Below, piece after piece: positions 9,805 to 18,872 of a stretch of DNA of 64,000 nucleotides. Source of the DNA: Actinomycetales bacterium (lineage in GTDB: Bacteria > Actinomycetota > Actinomycetes > Actinomycetales > Dermatophilaceae); the NCBI GenBank assembly GCA_038258285.1, contig JBBSQA010000005.1, positions 36,929 to 100,928 of the forward strand, written 5' to 3'. A program made the translations under genes and the position numbers. Below the pieces are notes generated by a model, which was given only the letters and a program-made list of their open reading frames with translations, had not been told where the DNA came from and did no database searches. Each line of letters starts with the position of its first letter. Positions within the stretch are counted from its first letter, which is position 1.

Positions 9805-9905
9805 CCGTTGTGCGCGCTGTTGCCCCATTCGCACCCCGCCCCTGACCGTTGTGCGCGCCCTCCCCGCATCCGCGTTGCACAAGGGCGCGCACAACGGTCA
9901 GGGGC
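9797..9905. repeat. REP-like palindromic element, copy 1 (extra half-copy plus full hairpin)
   Basis: CCCCTGACCGTTGTGCGCGC occurs twice (near 9798 and 9839); perfect 24-bp inverted repeat 9838-9861 / 9882-9905. Confidence 0.9.
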
Positions 9906-9979
9906 TGGAAACGCGGTGGGTACGCCGCGACCACAGTGTCCGGGACGTCACACCCCCGCTGATCACCTAACGTGTGGCC

Positions 9980-11200
9980 ATGTCCTCTGACCCGAGTTGG
10001 TTCTTCCTAGGCCTCGCCGCTGCCGTGGTGCTGCTCCTCGTGGCGCTGACGGCATACCTGGCCCGGACCGAGGCTGACGCCGTCCAGGCGCGAGGCTGGG
10101 GGCCCCTGAAACCCCGTCGCGGTCGGGCCAAGACGAGCCCGGGATCGCTCGAAGCGGGGTCCAAGACGGAGGACACCAAGCCTCGGGCGGCCATCATCAT
10201 CAACCCCACCAAGTTCGACGACGTGGCCGACGTGCGGGCGATGATCCGTCGGATGTGCGCCAACGAGGGATGGTCCGATCCCTGGTGGGCGGAGACGACC
10301 GTCGAGGAGACCGGCCACAAGCAGGCGCAGGAGGCCATCGAGGCCGGGGTCGACGTCGTGTGCCCCCTCGGTGGTGACGGCACGGTCCGGAACGTGGCCT
10401 CCGCGCTGGTCGGCACCGGCACACCCATCGGCCTGCTCCCCGGCGGAACCGGCAACCTGCTGGCCAGGAACCTATCGCTGCCGATCGACTCGCTACGCCG
10501 CTCGATGACGGTGGTGCTGACCGGTCGGAACGCAGAGATCGACACCTGCTCGCTGCGACTGACTCGGCCCAGCGCCGACCAGCTGGAGGCCCGGCGGGAG
10601 GACCCCGACGACGAGGCCCGCAACGTCGACCTCGAGGACGCCGGCGACACCGAGCACGCCGACGAGGTCGAGGAGCACACGTTCCTCGTGATGGCCGGGA
10701 TCGGCTTCGATGCGGAGATCATGGCCACCGCCCCCGAAGACCTCAAAGCCCAGATCGGCTGGGGGGCTTACGTTTTCGCCGGGGCCCAACACCTCCAGGG
10801 ACCGCAGTTCGACGTGCACGTCCAGGCAGCCGACGGCCACAGCGAGCGCCGCAAGGTGCGCTCGGTCATCGTCGGCAACGTCGGCAAGCTGCAAGGGGGG
10901 TTCGAGCTGTTGCCCGAGGCACGGTCCGACGACGGGCTCGTCACCGCCCTCCTGCTCTACCCCCGGGGGCTGCTCGGGTGGGCTTCGATCTGGCGCAAGC
11001 TGGTCTTCAAGCGCGACATCATCGGCCCCCCGCCCCGGCTGACCCACCTGGCCTCGACCCGTTTCCGCGTCGAGGCCTCCAAGCCGGTCGAGATCCAGGT
11101 CGACGGTGACGTGCTGGGCGCCGGCGTGGTGATGGACGTCGAGGTGCGGCCCAAGAGCCTGGTCGTGCGCCTTCCCCGAAAGACCGGCCAGGACTCCTAA
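9980..11200 (+). CDS. Diacylglycerol/sphingosine kinase-family lipid kinase with N-terminal TM anchor
   Basis: IINPTK, GGDGTV, LPGGTGNLLARNL, GIGFDA, QVDGD motifs. Confidence 0.92.
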   Translation: MSSDPSWFFLGLAAAVVLLLVALTAYLARTEADAVQARGWGPLKPRRGRAKTSPGSLEAGSKTEDTKPRAAIIINPTKFDDVADVRAMIRRMCANEGWSDPWWAETTVEETGHKQAQEAIEAGVDVVCPLGGDGTVRNVASALVGTGTPIGLLPGGTGNLLARNLSLPIDSLRRSMTVVLTGRNAEIDTCSLRLTRPSADQLEARREDPDDEARNVDLEDAGDTEHADEVEEHTFLVMAGIGFDAEIMATAPEDLKAQIGWGAYVFAGAQHLQGPQFDVHVQAADGHSERRKVRSVIVGNVGKLQGGFELLPEARSDDGLVTALLLYPRGLLGWASIWRKLVFKRDIIGPPPRLTHLASTRFRVEASKPVEIQVDGDVLGAGVVMDVEVRPKSLVVRLPRKTGQDS

Positions 11201-11205
11201 CGGCC

Positions 11206-11694
11206 TCAGTCGGTCTTGCCCGAGCGAGCCGCGTCGAGCGCGTGACGCTCCTCGGGGCTCAGCGTGACGTCACTTTTGCCGCCCACGATGCCCTTGGCGT
11301 AGGTCCGCGACTCGCTGCGGGCGTGGATCGAGCTCAGGACCAGCCCGTCCCCTCGGTCGTCGATGATCGCCGCGCTGAAGGACATCCGCCCACCCATGTC
11401 ACCGAAGGCGTCGTAACGCACCACGGCGACGTGCTGGAGGCCTTGCTCGACCCCGCCGCGGACCAACGCCACGGACTCCTCCAGCGCGGAGATGCGGGCA
11501 CGCTCGGCCCCCAACGCCCGAGACTGGGCAGCCAGGACCTCGCTCACGTCGGCCTCGCCCGAGCCCCACAGCACGGAGTACCGAGCCGTCATCGCGGCAT
11601 ACCGGCGCCGGTTCTTCAGCGCCACCAGCAGCGCGACGACGGCCACCACCGCAGCGGCGACGGCCACGAAGGCCCACAGGTCCGGCGAAGTCAC
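11206..11694 (-). CDS. DUF4446-family protein
   Basis: N-terminal TM; VRYDAFGDMGGRMSFS, SRTYAK, LSPEE. Confidence 0.85.
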   Translation of the reverse strand: MTSPDLWAFVAVAAAVVAVVALLVALKNRRRYAAMTARYSVLWGSGEADVSEVLAAQSRALGAERARISALEESVALVRGGVEQGLQHVAVVRYDAFGDMGGRMSFSAAIIDDRGDGLVLSSIHARSESRTYAKGIVGGKSDVTLSPEERHALDAARSGKTD

Positions 11695-11758
11695 GGACCG
11701 ACCTTAGTGCCAGCGCGCGGGAGCGGCTGCGCAGCACCGCCGTCTAGGGTGTGCCGGT

Positions 11759-13996
11759 ATGAAGGGAGGGCGGGTGCGTGCAGCAGCTATCACTCTGCTC
11801 GTGCTCACCCTGGGGATCCTGGCGATCGCCGCCACGGCGGGCTCGTCCTCGTCGGAGCCGGGGAGACCGGTCGCCGGGGCACGCGACCTCCAAGGGGCGC
11901 CCCGGATCGTCGTCGTGGGCGTTCCCGGGTGGTCGTGGTCGGACATCGACGAGACCACCCCCACCCTCCAGCAGGTCGAGAGCACCGGAGCCGGCGGCTC
12001 CCTGGTCGTGCGCGGCACCTACCCGGTCACCTGCCCGGTGGACGGCTGGCTGACCTTGGGTGCGGGTCAACGGGCCGCCATCGACGAACCGGACACCGCG
12101 GCACGGTGCGCCGCAGACCCCACGGACCTGCTCTACACCAGCGGAGTGAACGCCACCTTCCTGCGGTTCCCTGACTGGCAGGCCGCAGCCCAGGATCAGG
12201 CCCTGGTCGCCGAGCTCGGGTTGCTCCACCGGGGCCTCGCTGACCAGGACCAGTGCGTGGCGGCCTACGGCCCCGCCGCGGCCCTGGGTGCGGCCGACGG
12301 CCGCGGTGTGGTGCGCCGTTACGACCCCGCACCGCTCGCCGACCTCGAGGAGGCGTCCGACCCACCGGGGAAGGCCCGCTGCCGCGTCGTCCTCATCGAC
12401 GGCTCGGGGGTGGACGCTCAAGGACTCGACACCGGGGTGGCCCAGCTGATCGACTCCCTGCCCGACGAGACGCTGCTCGTCGTGGCCGGCCTCTCCGACG
12501 AGACCGATGTTGCTGCGCTGCACCCCGTGCTCATGACCACGGTCGAAGACGGCGCCCCTGCTGCCGTCGCGACCGGGGGCCCGGCCCAGCTGTGGTCGGC
12601 CAGCGCCCGACAGCCCGGCCTCGTCCAGACCACCGACCTGACCACGAGCATCCTGAGCAACTTCGGGGGGGTGGACGAGGACATCGTTGATGCCGCCTCC
12701 GGTGCGGTGATCACGGCCTCGAGTCCGGCGGAGGACGCCGACGTCGCCTCGGCACACCGCAACCTCGCTGCCGCGGCCACCTTGTCGACCCGGGTGCTCC
12801 CTGGGTATGCCGCCACGATGGGGATCCTGCTCGCGACGGCCATGCTGGCCACCGGGTTGTGGGTGCGGTTCGCCACGTTCGAGCGCAGTCGACGCGCCGC
12901 CGGTGTGGCCCTATCGGTCACCGGTTCGGCGCTGATGGCCTTCCCCGTGTCCGCCTTCGCGGCCTCGGCGCTTCCGTGGTGGCGTTTCGGCGCCAACCCC
13001 GCCATCACGGACCCGGCGACCGTCGGCCTGGGCCAGCCCACCTTCGCCCTCGTCCTGGTGACCCTGCTGATCGGTGCTGTCCTCATCGGGGGCGCGTGGG
13101 CGGTCTACCTCTACCTGGTGCCCCACCCGCTCGTCCCCATCGCGATCATCGCCGCCGTCACCATGCTGGTCATCGGGGTGGACGTCATCCGCGGTGGGTT
13201 GCTCGGGCTGATCTCGGTCCTTGGCGTTCAGCCGGTCGCGGCGGGCCGGTTCTACGGCATGGGTAACATCGCGTTCGGCATCTTCTCGGCGGCGGCGATC
13301 ATCCTCGCCGGCTCCATCGCCTCGATGCTGCAGCAGTCGCGAAGAAGTCAACGCTGGTGGGGGGTGATCGCGGTGCTGTCGATCGGGCTGACGGCAGCCG
13401 CCATCGACGGTTGGCCTGAGTGGGGCGCCGACTTCGGTGGAGTGCCGGCGACCGTCGTCGGGACCGGGCTGTTGGCGATGGCTGCGGCCGGGCGGGTCGT
13501 CCGGCCCTCAGTGGTCTTCCTGCTGGTCATCATCGCGGCGGCGGTCGGCGGAGTGGTGATGGTCGGCGACTGGCTGCGACCGGCCGACGAGCGCTCCCAT
13601 CTCGGCAACTTCGTGCAGGCTGTGTTGGACGGCGATGCCTGGGACATCGTCGCCCGCAAGCTCGACCAGAGCCTCGGCATACTGCTGGACTACCCCGCCT
13701 CCTGGTTGGCCGTGGCGGCGCTGGGGGCAGCGGTCTACGCCGTGTTCGCTCGCCGGTCTCGGTTGTCGCGATCACTACGACCCGTGTGGGACCAGCCCTT
13801 GATGCATTCCTGCGCCGGAGCGTTGATCGCGGTCTGGGTGCTGGGCTGGGTGTTGAACGACTCGGGGATCTCGGTGGTGGCCCTCGGGCTCACAGTCGCC
13901 GTCGGTGCAGCGATCTGCGTCGCCGCGCAAGGGCGACCCACACGTCCCGGTACTGACGCGCTCGGTGCAGTTGGGATCGCCAGTCCTTCCCGGTGA
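11759..13996 (+). CDS. Large envelope membrane protein (extracytoplasmic N-domain plus about 10 TM), function unknown
   Basis: Signal/anchor sequence, about 330-aa soluble domain, then TM region with GRFYGMGN, GADFGG, SHLG, RKL and NDSG motifs. Confidence 0.75.
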   Translation: MKGGRVRAAAITLLVLTLGILAIAATAGSSSSEPGRPVAGARDLQGAPRIVVVGVPGWSWSDIDETTPTLQQVESTGAGGSLVVRGTYPVTCPVDGWLTLGAGQRAAIDEPDTAARCAADPTDLLYTSGVNATFLRFPDWQAAAQDQALVAELGLLHRGLADQDQCVAAYGPAAALGAADGRGVVRRYDPAPLADLEEASDPPGKARCRVVLIDGSGVDAQGLDTGVAQLIDSLPDETLLVVAGLSDETDVAALHPVLMTTVEDGAPAAVATGGPAQLWSASARQPGLVQTTDLTTSILSNFGGVDEDIVDAASGAVITASSPAEDADVASAHRNLAAAATLSTRVLPGYAATMGILLATAMLATGLWVRFATFERSRRAAGVALSVTGSALMAFPVSAFAASALPWWRFGANPAITDPATVGLGQPTFALVLVTLLIGAVLIGGAWAVYLYLVPHPLVPIAIIAAVTMLVIGVDVIRGGLLGLISVLGVQPVAAGRFYGMGNIAFGIFSAAAIILAGSIASMLQQSRRSQRWWGVIAVLSIGLTAAAIDGWPEWGADFGGVPATVVGTGLLAMAAAGRVVRPSVVFLLVIIAAAVGGVVMVGDWLRPADERSHLGNFVQAVLDGDAWDIVARKLDQSLGILLDYPASWLAVAALGAAVYAVFARRSRLSRSLRPVWDQPLMHSCAGALIAVWVLGWVLNDSGISVVALGLTVAVGAAICVAAQGRPTRPGTDALGAVGIASPSR

Positions 13997-14609
13997 CTCG
14001 ATGGTGGAGTTCGCACGGCACCTCGCGGACCCGCCCACCGCCTCGGAGCACGTCGATGGTGAGGCCGACCTCCACCCCCCACCCCCGTGCTAGCGGCAGC
14101 GAGGCGTCGAGGGTGCTCCGCCGGACACACCGCATACCGCTGAGGGGTTGCCTCGGTCGCCACCCGGTGAGATCTTCGATGCCCTGTGCGGCTAGCCCGG
14201 TCACCAACCCGAACCCGCCTCCGGCCGTCTTCTGCGCAGGCAACACCGCGATCGTCATATCCGCCTCGCCGCGCAGGACGGGCAGGCACAACACGCCGAG
14301 CGCAGCGGCACTGTCCTCCAGGTCGGCATCGACGAAGAGCACCGCGGCCTCAGGGTGCATCCGCCGTGCCGCCCGTGCACCGGTGGTCATCGCGGCCGCC
14401 TTGCCCCGGTTGGACCGGTGACGCTCCACGTGTGCGCCGTGCTCGCGGGCGATCTGCGACGTGAGGTCCGTGCTGCCGTCGTCGACCACGACGATCGCGA
14501 CGATCTGGCTCACGCCCGAGGCTAGATGGCGCACCGTGGAGGCGATGCGCTCCGCTTCGTCCTTGGCAGCGACGACCGCGACGACACCGGACTCCGCAGC
14601 GTCAGCCAT
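13890..14609 (-). CDS. Family 2 glycosyltransferase
   Basis: AKDEAERI, VVDDGSTD, NRGKAAA, FVDADL, LSGMR, GWGVEV. Confidence 0.9.
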   Translation of the reverse strand: MADAAESGVVAVVAAKDEAERIASTVRHLASGVSQIVAIVVVDDGSTDLTSQIAREHGAHVERHRSNRGKAAAMTTGARAARRMHPEAAVLFVDADLEDSAAALGVLCLPVLRGEADMTIAVLPAQKTAGGGFGLVTGLAAQGIEDLTGWRPRQPLSGMRCVRRSTLDASLPLARGWGVEVGLTIDVLRGGGRVREVPCELHHRVTGKDWRSQLHRARQYRDVWVALARRRRSLHRRRL

Positions 14610-14611
14610 GC

Positions 14612-15502
14612 TCAGCGCAAGGTGACCTGACGACTGATGATGCCGTCGCGGGCCCGTCGCTCGTCGGCGGTGAGGCTGTCCGTGACCTCCAGGGCGGCGG
14701 TGTAGCGGTCCTGGATGGCCGCCAGCGCTGGGCCCATCTCCGCCGCGTCGACCTCAGGATCCACCTCGAAGACCGGCACCAACACGCCTGCGGCGCGGAA
14801 GGCTCCGAGCAACGAGGTCCCCTCACCGAGGGTGTGCTCCCCGGCCGCCTGCAAACGGGCGAAGGCGGTCGTGGCAGCGTCCTCGTCCTGGGGCAGGATC
14901 CAGCGGATGTAGGCCCGCTCCCCCATGAGGCACCAGTAGGCCGAGGGCACGTCGTCGATCTTGGTCGTCGGCACCGCAGCGGCGTTGGTCTGCTCCAGCG
15001 CCGCGGCAACCTCGGGGCTGGTCTCCTCATCGCCCACCCAGAACGAGAAGTCCTCGTGCAACGTCACGGTCAGGGGCTGGTCGGCGCCGACCAGGTCCTG
15101 CAGCCGCGGCGTGCCGACCGTGGCGGGGCGGACCGAGGTGATCGGGCTGCCGGGCTCGGCGTCCACGGCTGAGAGCAGGGCCTGGGCGATGTCGCGGCTG
15201 GCGTCTCCACTGGACGTCCGCGACTGCAGCGCCACGAGCACCTCCCCGTCGGCGCGGTGCACCGCCGGCATCGCGCCCGGCAACACCGTGGCCAGGGTGA
15301 CGTCACGCTCCGTGCCGTCGGGCAACGTCACGCTGATCACTGCGGTCGCCGTGGGGACGATCTCGCGCATCGCGACCCAGTCGGTCTCGTTGCTGAGCCC
15401 GTTGAAGGGTCGTGCGATGTGCGGAGCCCGCGCCTGGCTCGGATCGGAGCCTGCACGGCCTCGTTCATCGGATTGACGTTTGCGTCGAGAAGCCTTGCCC
15501 AT
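14612..15502 (-). CDS. DUF5926-family protein
   Basis: Start MGKASRRK at 15502; RPFNGL..E.DWVAMRE, GAFRAAG.LVPV, C-terminal SRQVTLR. Confidence 0.8.
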   Translation of the reverse strand: MGKASRRKRQSDERGRAGSDPSQARAPHIARPFNGLSNETDWVAMREIVPTATAVISVTLPDGTERDVTLATVLPGAMPAVHRADGEVLVALQSRTSSGDASRDIAQALLSAVDAEPGSPITSVRPATVGTPRLQDLVGADQPLTVTLHEDFSFWVGDEETSPEVAAALEQTNAAAVPTTKIDDVPSAYWCLMGERAYIRWILPQDEDAATTAFARLQAAGEHTLGEGTSLLGAFRAAGVLVPVFEVDPEVDAAEMGPALAAIQDRYTAALEVTDSLTADERRARDGIISRQVTLR

Positions 15503-15556
15503 GGCGCCGAAGTCTACGCACGCGCGCGGGGTGGGTCGTCCCGATAGCCTCCACGC

Positions 15557-16621
15557 ATGAGCACTTCTGGCGCCGAGACGGTGCAGACGCGGACCGATGG
15601 GTCCCTCGGGGTCATCACCCTCAACCGCCCCCGAGCGATCAACGCCCTGGACGGCGACATGATCGATGCGATGCGCTCGGCGCTGGCGGGCTGGGCCGAC
15701 GGCACGGTGGTCAAGGCCGTGTGGATCGACGGCGCTGGCGACAAGGGGCTGTGTGCCGGAGGCGACGTCCGGGCGGTGCGCGAGGTCATCCGCGACGGCG
15801 ATCATGAGCGCGCACTCGAGTTCTTCGCTCGCGAGTACGAGTTGAACGGGATGGTCGCCGACTACCCCCTGCCCTACGTGGCGTGGATGGACGGGCTGGT
15901 CATGGGCGGCGGCATCGGCATCTCGGGACACGGTTCACACCGGTTGGTGACCGAGCGCACGACCATCGCGATGCCCGAGACGATCATCGGGTTCTTCCCC
16001 GACGTCGGCGCGCTCTGGTTGTTGGCCCGCGCACCGGGACAGCTCGGAACCCACCTGGCCTTGACCGGAGTGACGGTGGGCGGAGCGGACGCGGTCATGC
16101 TGGGGCTGGCCGACCATGTGGTCTCCTCGGGCGCCAAGGAAGCCGTATATGCCGACCTGTCCCGGACCGCTGCCGAGTCCGACGCGGAGACCTTGGCGGG
16201 CTGGGAGCCGCCGGTGGAGTATCGGGTCGACCCCGAAGCGTCGGGTGAATCGTCCTTGGAGCAGCATCGCGGGTGGATCGACGAGTGCTACGCCGGGGTG
16301 GATATCGAGACCATCCTCGAGCGGCTGCGCTCCTGCGATGACCCGGCCGCCACCAACGCGGTGGAGCTGATCGAGCAGCGGTCGCCTCACTCCGTGGCAC
16401 TGACGCTCGAGGCCCTGCGCCGGGCGGCCGATATGTCCGTGGACGAGGTGCTCGCCCAGGACCTGCAGCTGGCCCGCGCGGTCATCGCCCACCCCGACTT
16501 CGACGAGGGCGTGCGAGCCCAGCTCGTCGATAAGGACAAGTCCCCGCAGTGGGCTGATCGGCATATCTCGGAGATCGACCACGCCGACGTCATGGCCGCC
16601 TTCAACCCCCCGCGCCCCTGA
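15557..16621 (+). CDS. 3-hydroxyisobutyryl-CoA hydrolase-like enoyl-CoA hydratase/isomerase
   Basis: LNRPRAINAL, CAGGDV, VMGGGIG, AMPETIIGFFPDVG, EGVRAQLVDKD. Confidence 0.92.
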   Translation: MSTSGAETVQTRTDGSLGVITLNRPRAINALDGDMIDAMRSALAGWADGTVVKAVWIDGAGDKGLCAGGDVRAVREVIRDGDHERALEFFAREYELNGMVADYPLPYVAWMDGLVMGGGIGISGHGSHRLVTERTTIAMPETIIGFFPDVGALWLLARAPGQLGTHLALTGVTVGGADAVMLGLADHVVSSGAKEAVYADLSRTAAESDAETLAGWEPPVEYRVDPEASGESSLEQHRGWIDECYAGVDIETILERLRSCDDPAATNAVELIEQRSPHSVALTLEALRRAADMSVDEVLAQDLQLARAVIAHPDFDEGVRAQLVDKDKSPQWADRHISEIDHADVMAAFNPPRP

Positions 16622-16680
16622 CCGATGTGCGCGCCCTTCGCGCCTCCGCATCGTGCAACGGCGCGCACATCGGTCAGGGG
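16615..16680. repeat. REP-like palindromic element, copy 2, between convergent genes
   Basis: Perfect 21-bp inverted repeat 16615-16635 / 16660-16680 (CCCCTGACCGATGTGCGCGCC). Confidence 0.9.
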
Positions 16681-17333
16681 GTGTCGCGCCAGCTCGAGCC
16701 GGCGGCCTGAAGGTCCACGCTCCCGGAGGTCAACTCGGCGAGCGTCGACTCCAGCTCGCCGCGGCGCCCAGCGGGTATGCCGAGGCTGATCCGAGCCTGC
16801 TCGACGTATTCGGTGGCGAGCACGTCCACTCCCCGAGCGCGCAGATCGTTCTCCAGGCGGCCGGCCGTGGCGTGGTCAACCTCGATGACGAACTCTTCGA
16901 CCAGCACGCAGCGCAGGGTCGAGGCCGTGTCCAAGGCGCTGCGCACCGCGTCACCGTAGGCGCGCGCCAGACCCCCCGTGCCCAGCTTGGTGCCGCCGAA
17001 CCACCGGGACACCACCGCGACCACGTCGCTCAGCTCTCGACCGCGCAGCACCTCGAGCATGGGCGCCCCAGCCGTACCAGCGGGCTCTCCGTCGTCGCTG
17101 GAGCGCTCCAGGGTCCGATCAACGCCCAGGATCATCGCCGAGCAGTGATGCCCGGCCTCCCAGTGGCTCTTGCGGGTGGCGGCGACGACCTCGCGGGCTG
17201 CGTCTTCGGAGTCGACCCGCTGCACGGAGCACAGGAACCGTGACCGCTTGACCTCGATCTCGACGGACGCCGGTGCGGCCAGAGTCGTGAACGCTGGGGT
17301 GCGCGCTGCCCGGTCGGCCGATGCAGAATCCAC
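16674..17333 (-). CDS. yigZ: YigZ/IMPACT-family protein
   Basis: IEVKRSRF, SSDDGEPAGTAGAPML, RWFGGTKLGTGGLARAY. Confidence 0.93.
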   Translation of the reverse strand: MDSASADRAARTPAFTTLAAPASVEIEVKRSRFLCSVQRVDSEDAAREVVAATRKSHWEAGHHCSAMILGVDRTLERSSDDGEPAGTAGAPMLEVLRGRELSDVVAVVSRWFGGTKLGTGGLARAYGDAVRSALDTASTLRCVLVEEFVIEVDHATAGRLENDLRARGVDVLATEYVEQARISLGIPAGRRGELESTLAELTSGSVDLQAAGSSWRDTP

Positions 17334-17366
17334 CCACCCATCATGCCCGCGCGGGCCCCTGTCGGG

Positions 17367-18872
17367 TTAGGGGGCACGGGAGGCAGCCAGAGCCGCCACC
17401 GCTTCGCCCATCTCGTCCCACGGGATCGTCTCGGTGTCTCGCTCCAAAGTGGTCTCCGGGCCTTTCCCGGCCAGCACGATCGTGTCAGCCGGGCGGGCGT
17501 GCGAGACGACATACCGGATTGCCTCCACGCGGTTGGGGATCGAGACGAAGTTGTCTCGCCCTTGCTCGCCGGCCCCCCGCTCCATCTCGCCCAGGATGTC
17601 CCGGATGGGGGTGTCCCGGTGGTCCTCCTCGGTGAAGACGACGTGGTCGGCGCCGCGCGTGGCGACTTCGCCCAGCGGCGCCCGCTTCCCGGGGTCACGC
17701 GGTCCGCCCGCCGAGCCCAGCACGACCCACAACTCACCCTCGGTCGTGACGCGCACCGTCTCCAAGGCCTTGTCGAGGCTGGGCGGGGTGTGCGCGAAGT
17801 CGACGATGAGCCGGGGCTGACCCGCAGTCCGCGTCGCCATCTCCATTCGGCCGGGCACCCCGCCGAAACTGGCGAGCGCGGCGACCAGCTCGGCCGTGGC
17901 CGCACCGGCGAGCCGGCCGGCAGCCAGGGCCGCCAAGGCGTTGGCCACGTTGAACCGGCCGATCATCGGCAACACCGCCTCGAACTCTCCGTCCGGGGTA
18001 TGCAGCGTGAAGCGCAGGTCGTTCGGTCCCTCCACCACGTTGCTCGCCCGCCACCCCGGATCCAGCCCATCGACCAGCGCCAGTCGCTCCGCGGGCTCAG
18101 CGGCATACCCCGCCGGGTGCTGCGTCATCGGCAGGAGCTGCTCGGTCCACGGATCCTGCGCGTTCAGCACCGCATGCCGGGACCGCTGCACCAACAGCGC
18201 CTTGTGCTCGAAGTAGCCCTGCATCGTGCCGTGGAAGTCCAGGTGCTCAGCGCTGAGGTTGGTCCACACCGCGATGTCGAACTCCACACCCCGCACCCGG
18301 TCCAGAGCCAGCGCGTGACTGGAGGTCTCCACCACGACGACCTCCACGGCGTCGTCGGCCATCTCCCTGAGGATCTGCTGCACCTGGGGGGACTCCGGCG
18401 TGGTGAAGTGCGTGGGTGGCTGACGTAGGACCCCGTCGCTCAGCTCGTAGCCGATCGTCGACAGCAGTCCCGTGGGACGACCGGTGGCGCGCATCAGGTG
18501 TCTGGCCAGGCACGAGGTCGTGGTCTTGCCGTCCGTGCCGGTCACCCCGACCACGGTCATGCCCCGGCTCGGATGGCCGGCCAGGGCCGCCGCCGCATCA
18601 GCCAACGCAGCCCGGGCATCGGGTACCACGACGTACGGAACGGGGCAGGTCACGGTGTCGGGTAAGCCCTGCCCCAGCACCACCACGGCTCCCCGCTTCA
18701 CGGCCTCGCTGATGAAACTGTGTCCGTCGAACCGGGCCCCGGTAATCGCGACGAACGCGTCGCCGCTCTGCACCCAGTCGGCCTGATGCGTGACGTAGGC
18801 GACGTCCACCCCGGCAGCCTGCGGGTCAGGAGGGGTCAGATCAAGCTCAACAGTGAGGTCAGCCAGTCGCAT
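17367..18872 (-). CDS. murE: UDP-MurNAc-dipeptide diamino-acid ligase with atypical specificity motif
   Basis: GVTGTDGKTTT P-loop, TTPES, ETSSHAL, TNLSAEHLDFH, VPGRME, VDFAHTP, LAGKGPE. Confidence 0.93.
   Translation of the reverse strand: MRLADLTVELDLTPPDPQAAGVDVAYVTHQADWVQSGDAFVAITGARFDGHSFISEAVKRGAVVVLGQGLPDTVTCPVPYVVVPDARAALADAAAALAGHPSRGMTVVGVTGTDGKTTTSCLARHLMRATGRPTGLLSTIGYELSDGVLRQPPTHFTTPESPQVQQILREMADDAVEVVVVETSSHALALDRVRGVEFDIAVWTNLSAEHLDFHGTMQGYFEHKALLVQRSRHAVLNAQDPWTEQLLPMTQHPAGYAAEPAERLALVDGLDPGWRASNVVEGPNDLRFTLHTPDGEFEAVLPMIGRFNVANALAALAAGRLAGAATAELVAALASFGGVPGRMEMATRTAGQPRLIVDFAHTPPSLDKALETVRVTTEGELWVVLGSAGGPRDPGKRAPLGEVATRGADHVVFTEEDHRDTPIRDILGEMERGAGEQGRDNFVSIPNRVEAIRYVVSHARPADTIVLAGKGPETTLERDTETIPWDEMGEAVAALAASRAP

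Noticed and set aside
9797-9905. Repeat-spacer-repeat pattern as a possible mini CRISPR array
   Set aside because: The third unit is inverted, spacers are about 20 bp, there are no cas genes, and copies are dispersed elsewhere.
14612-15931. 439-aa ORF suggesting an N-terminally extended DUF5926 protein
   Set aside because: The extension is antisense to the hydratase gene; the plausible start is 15502.
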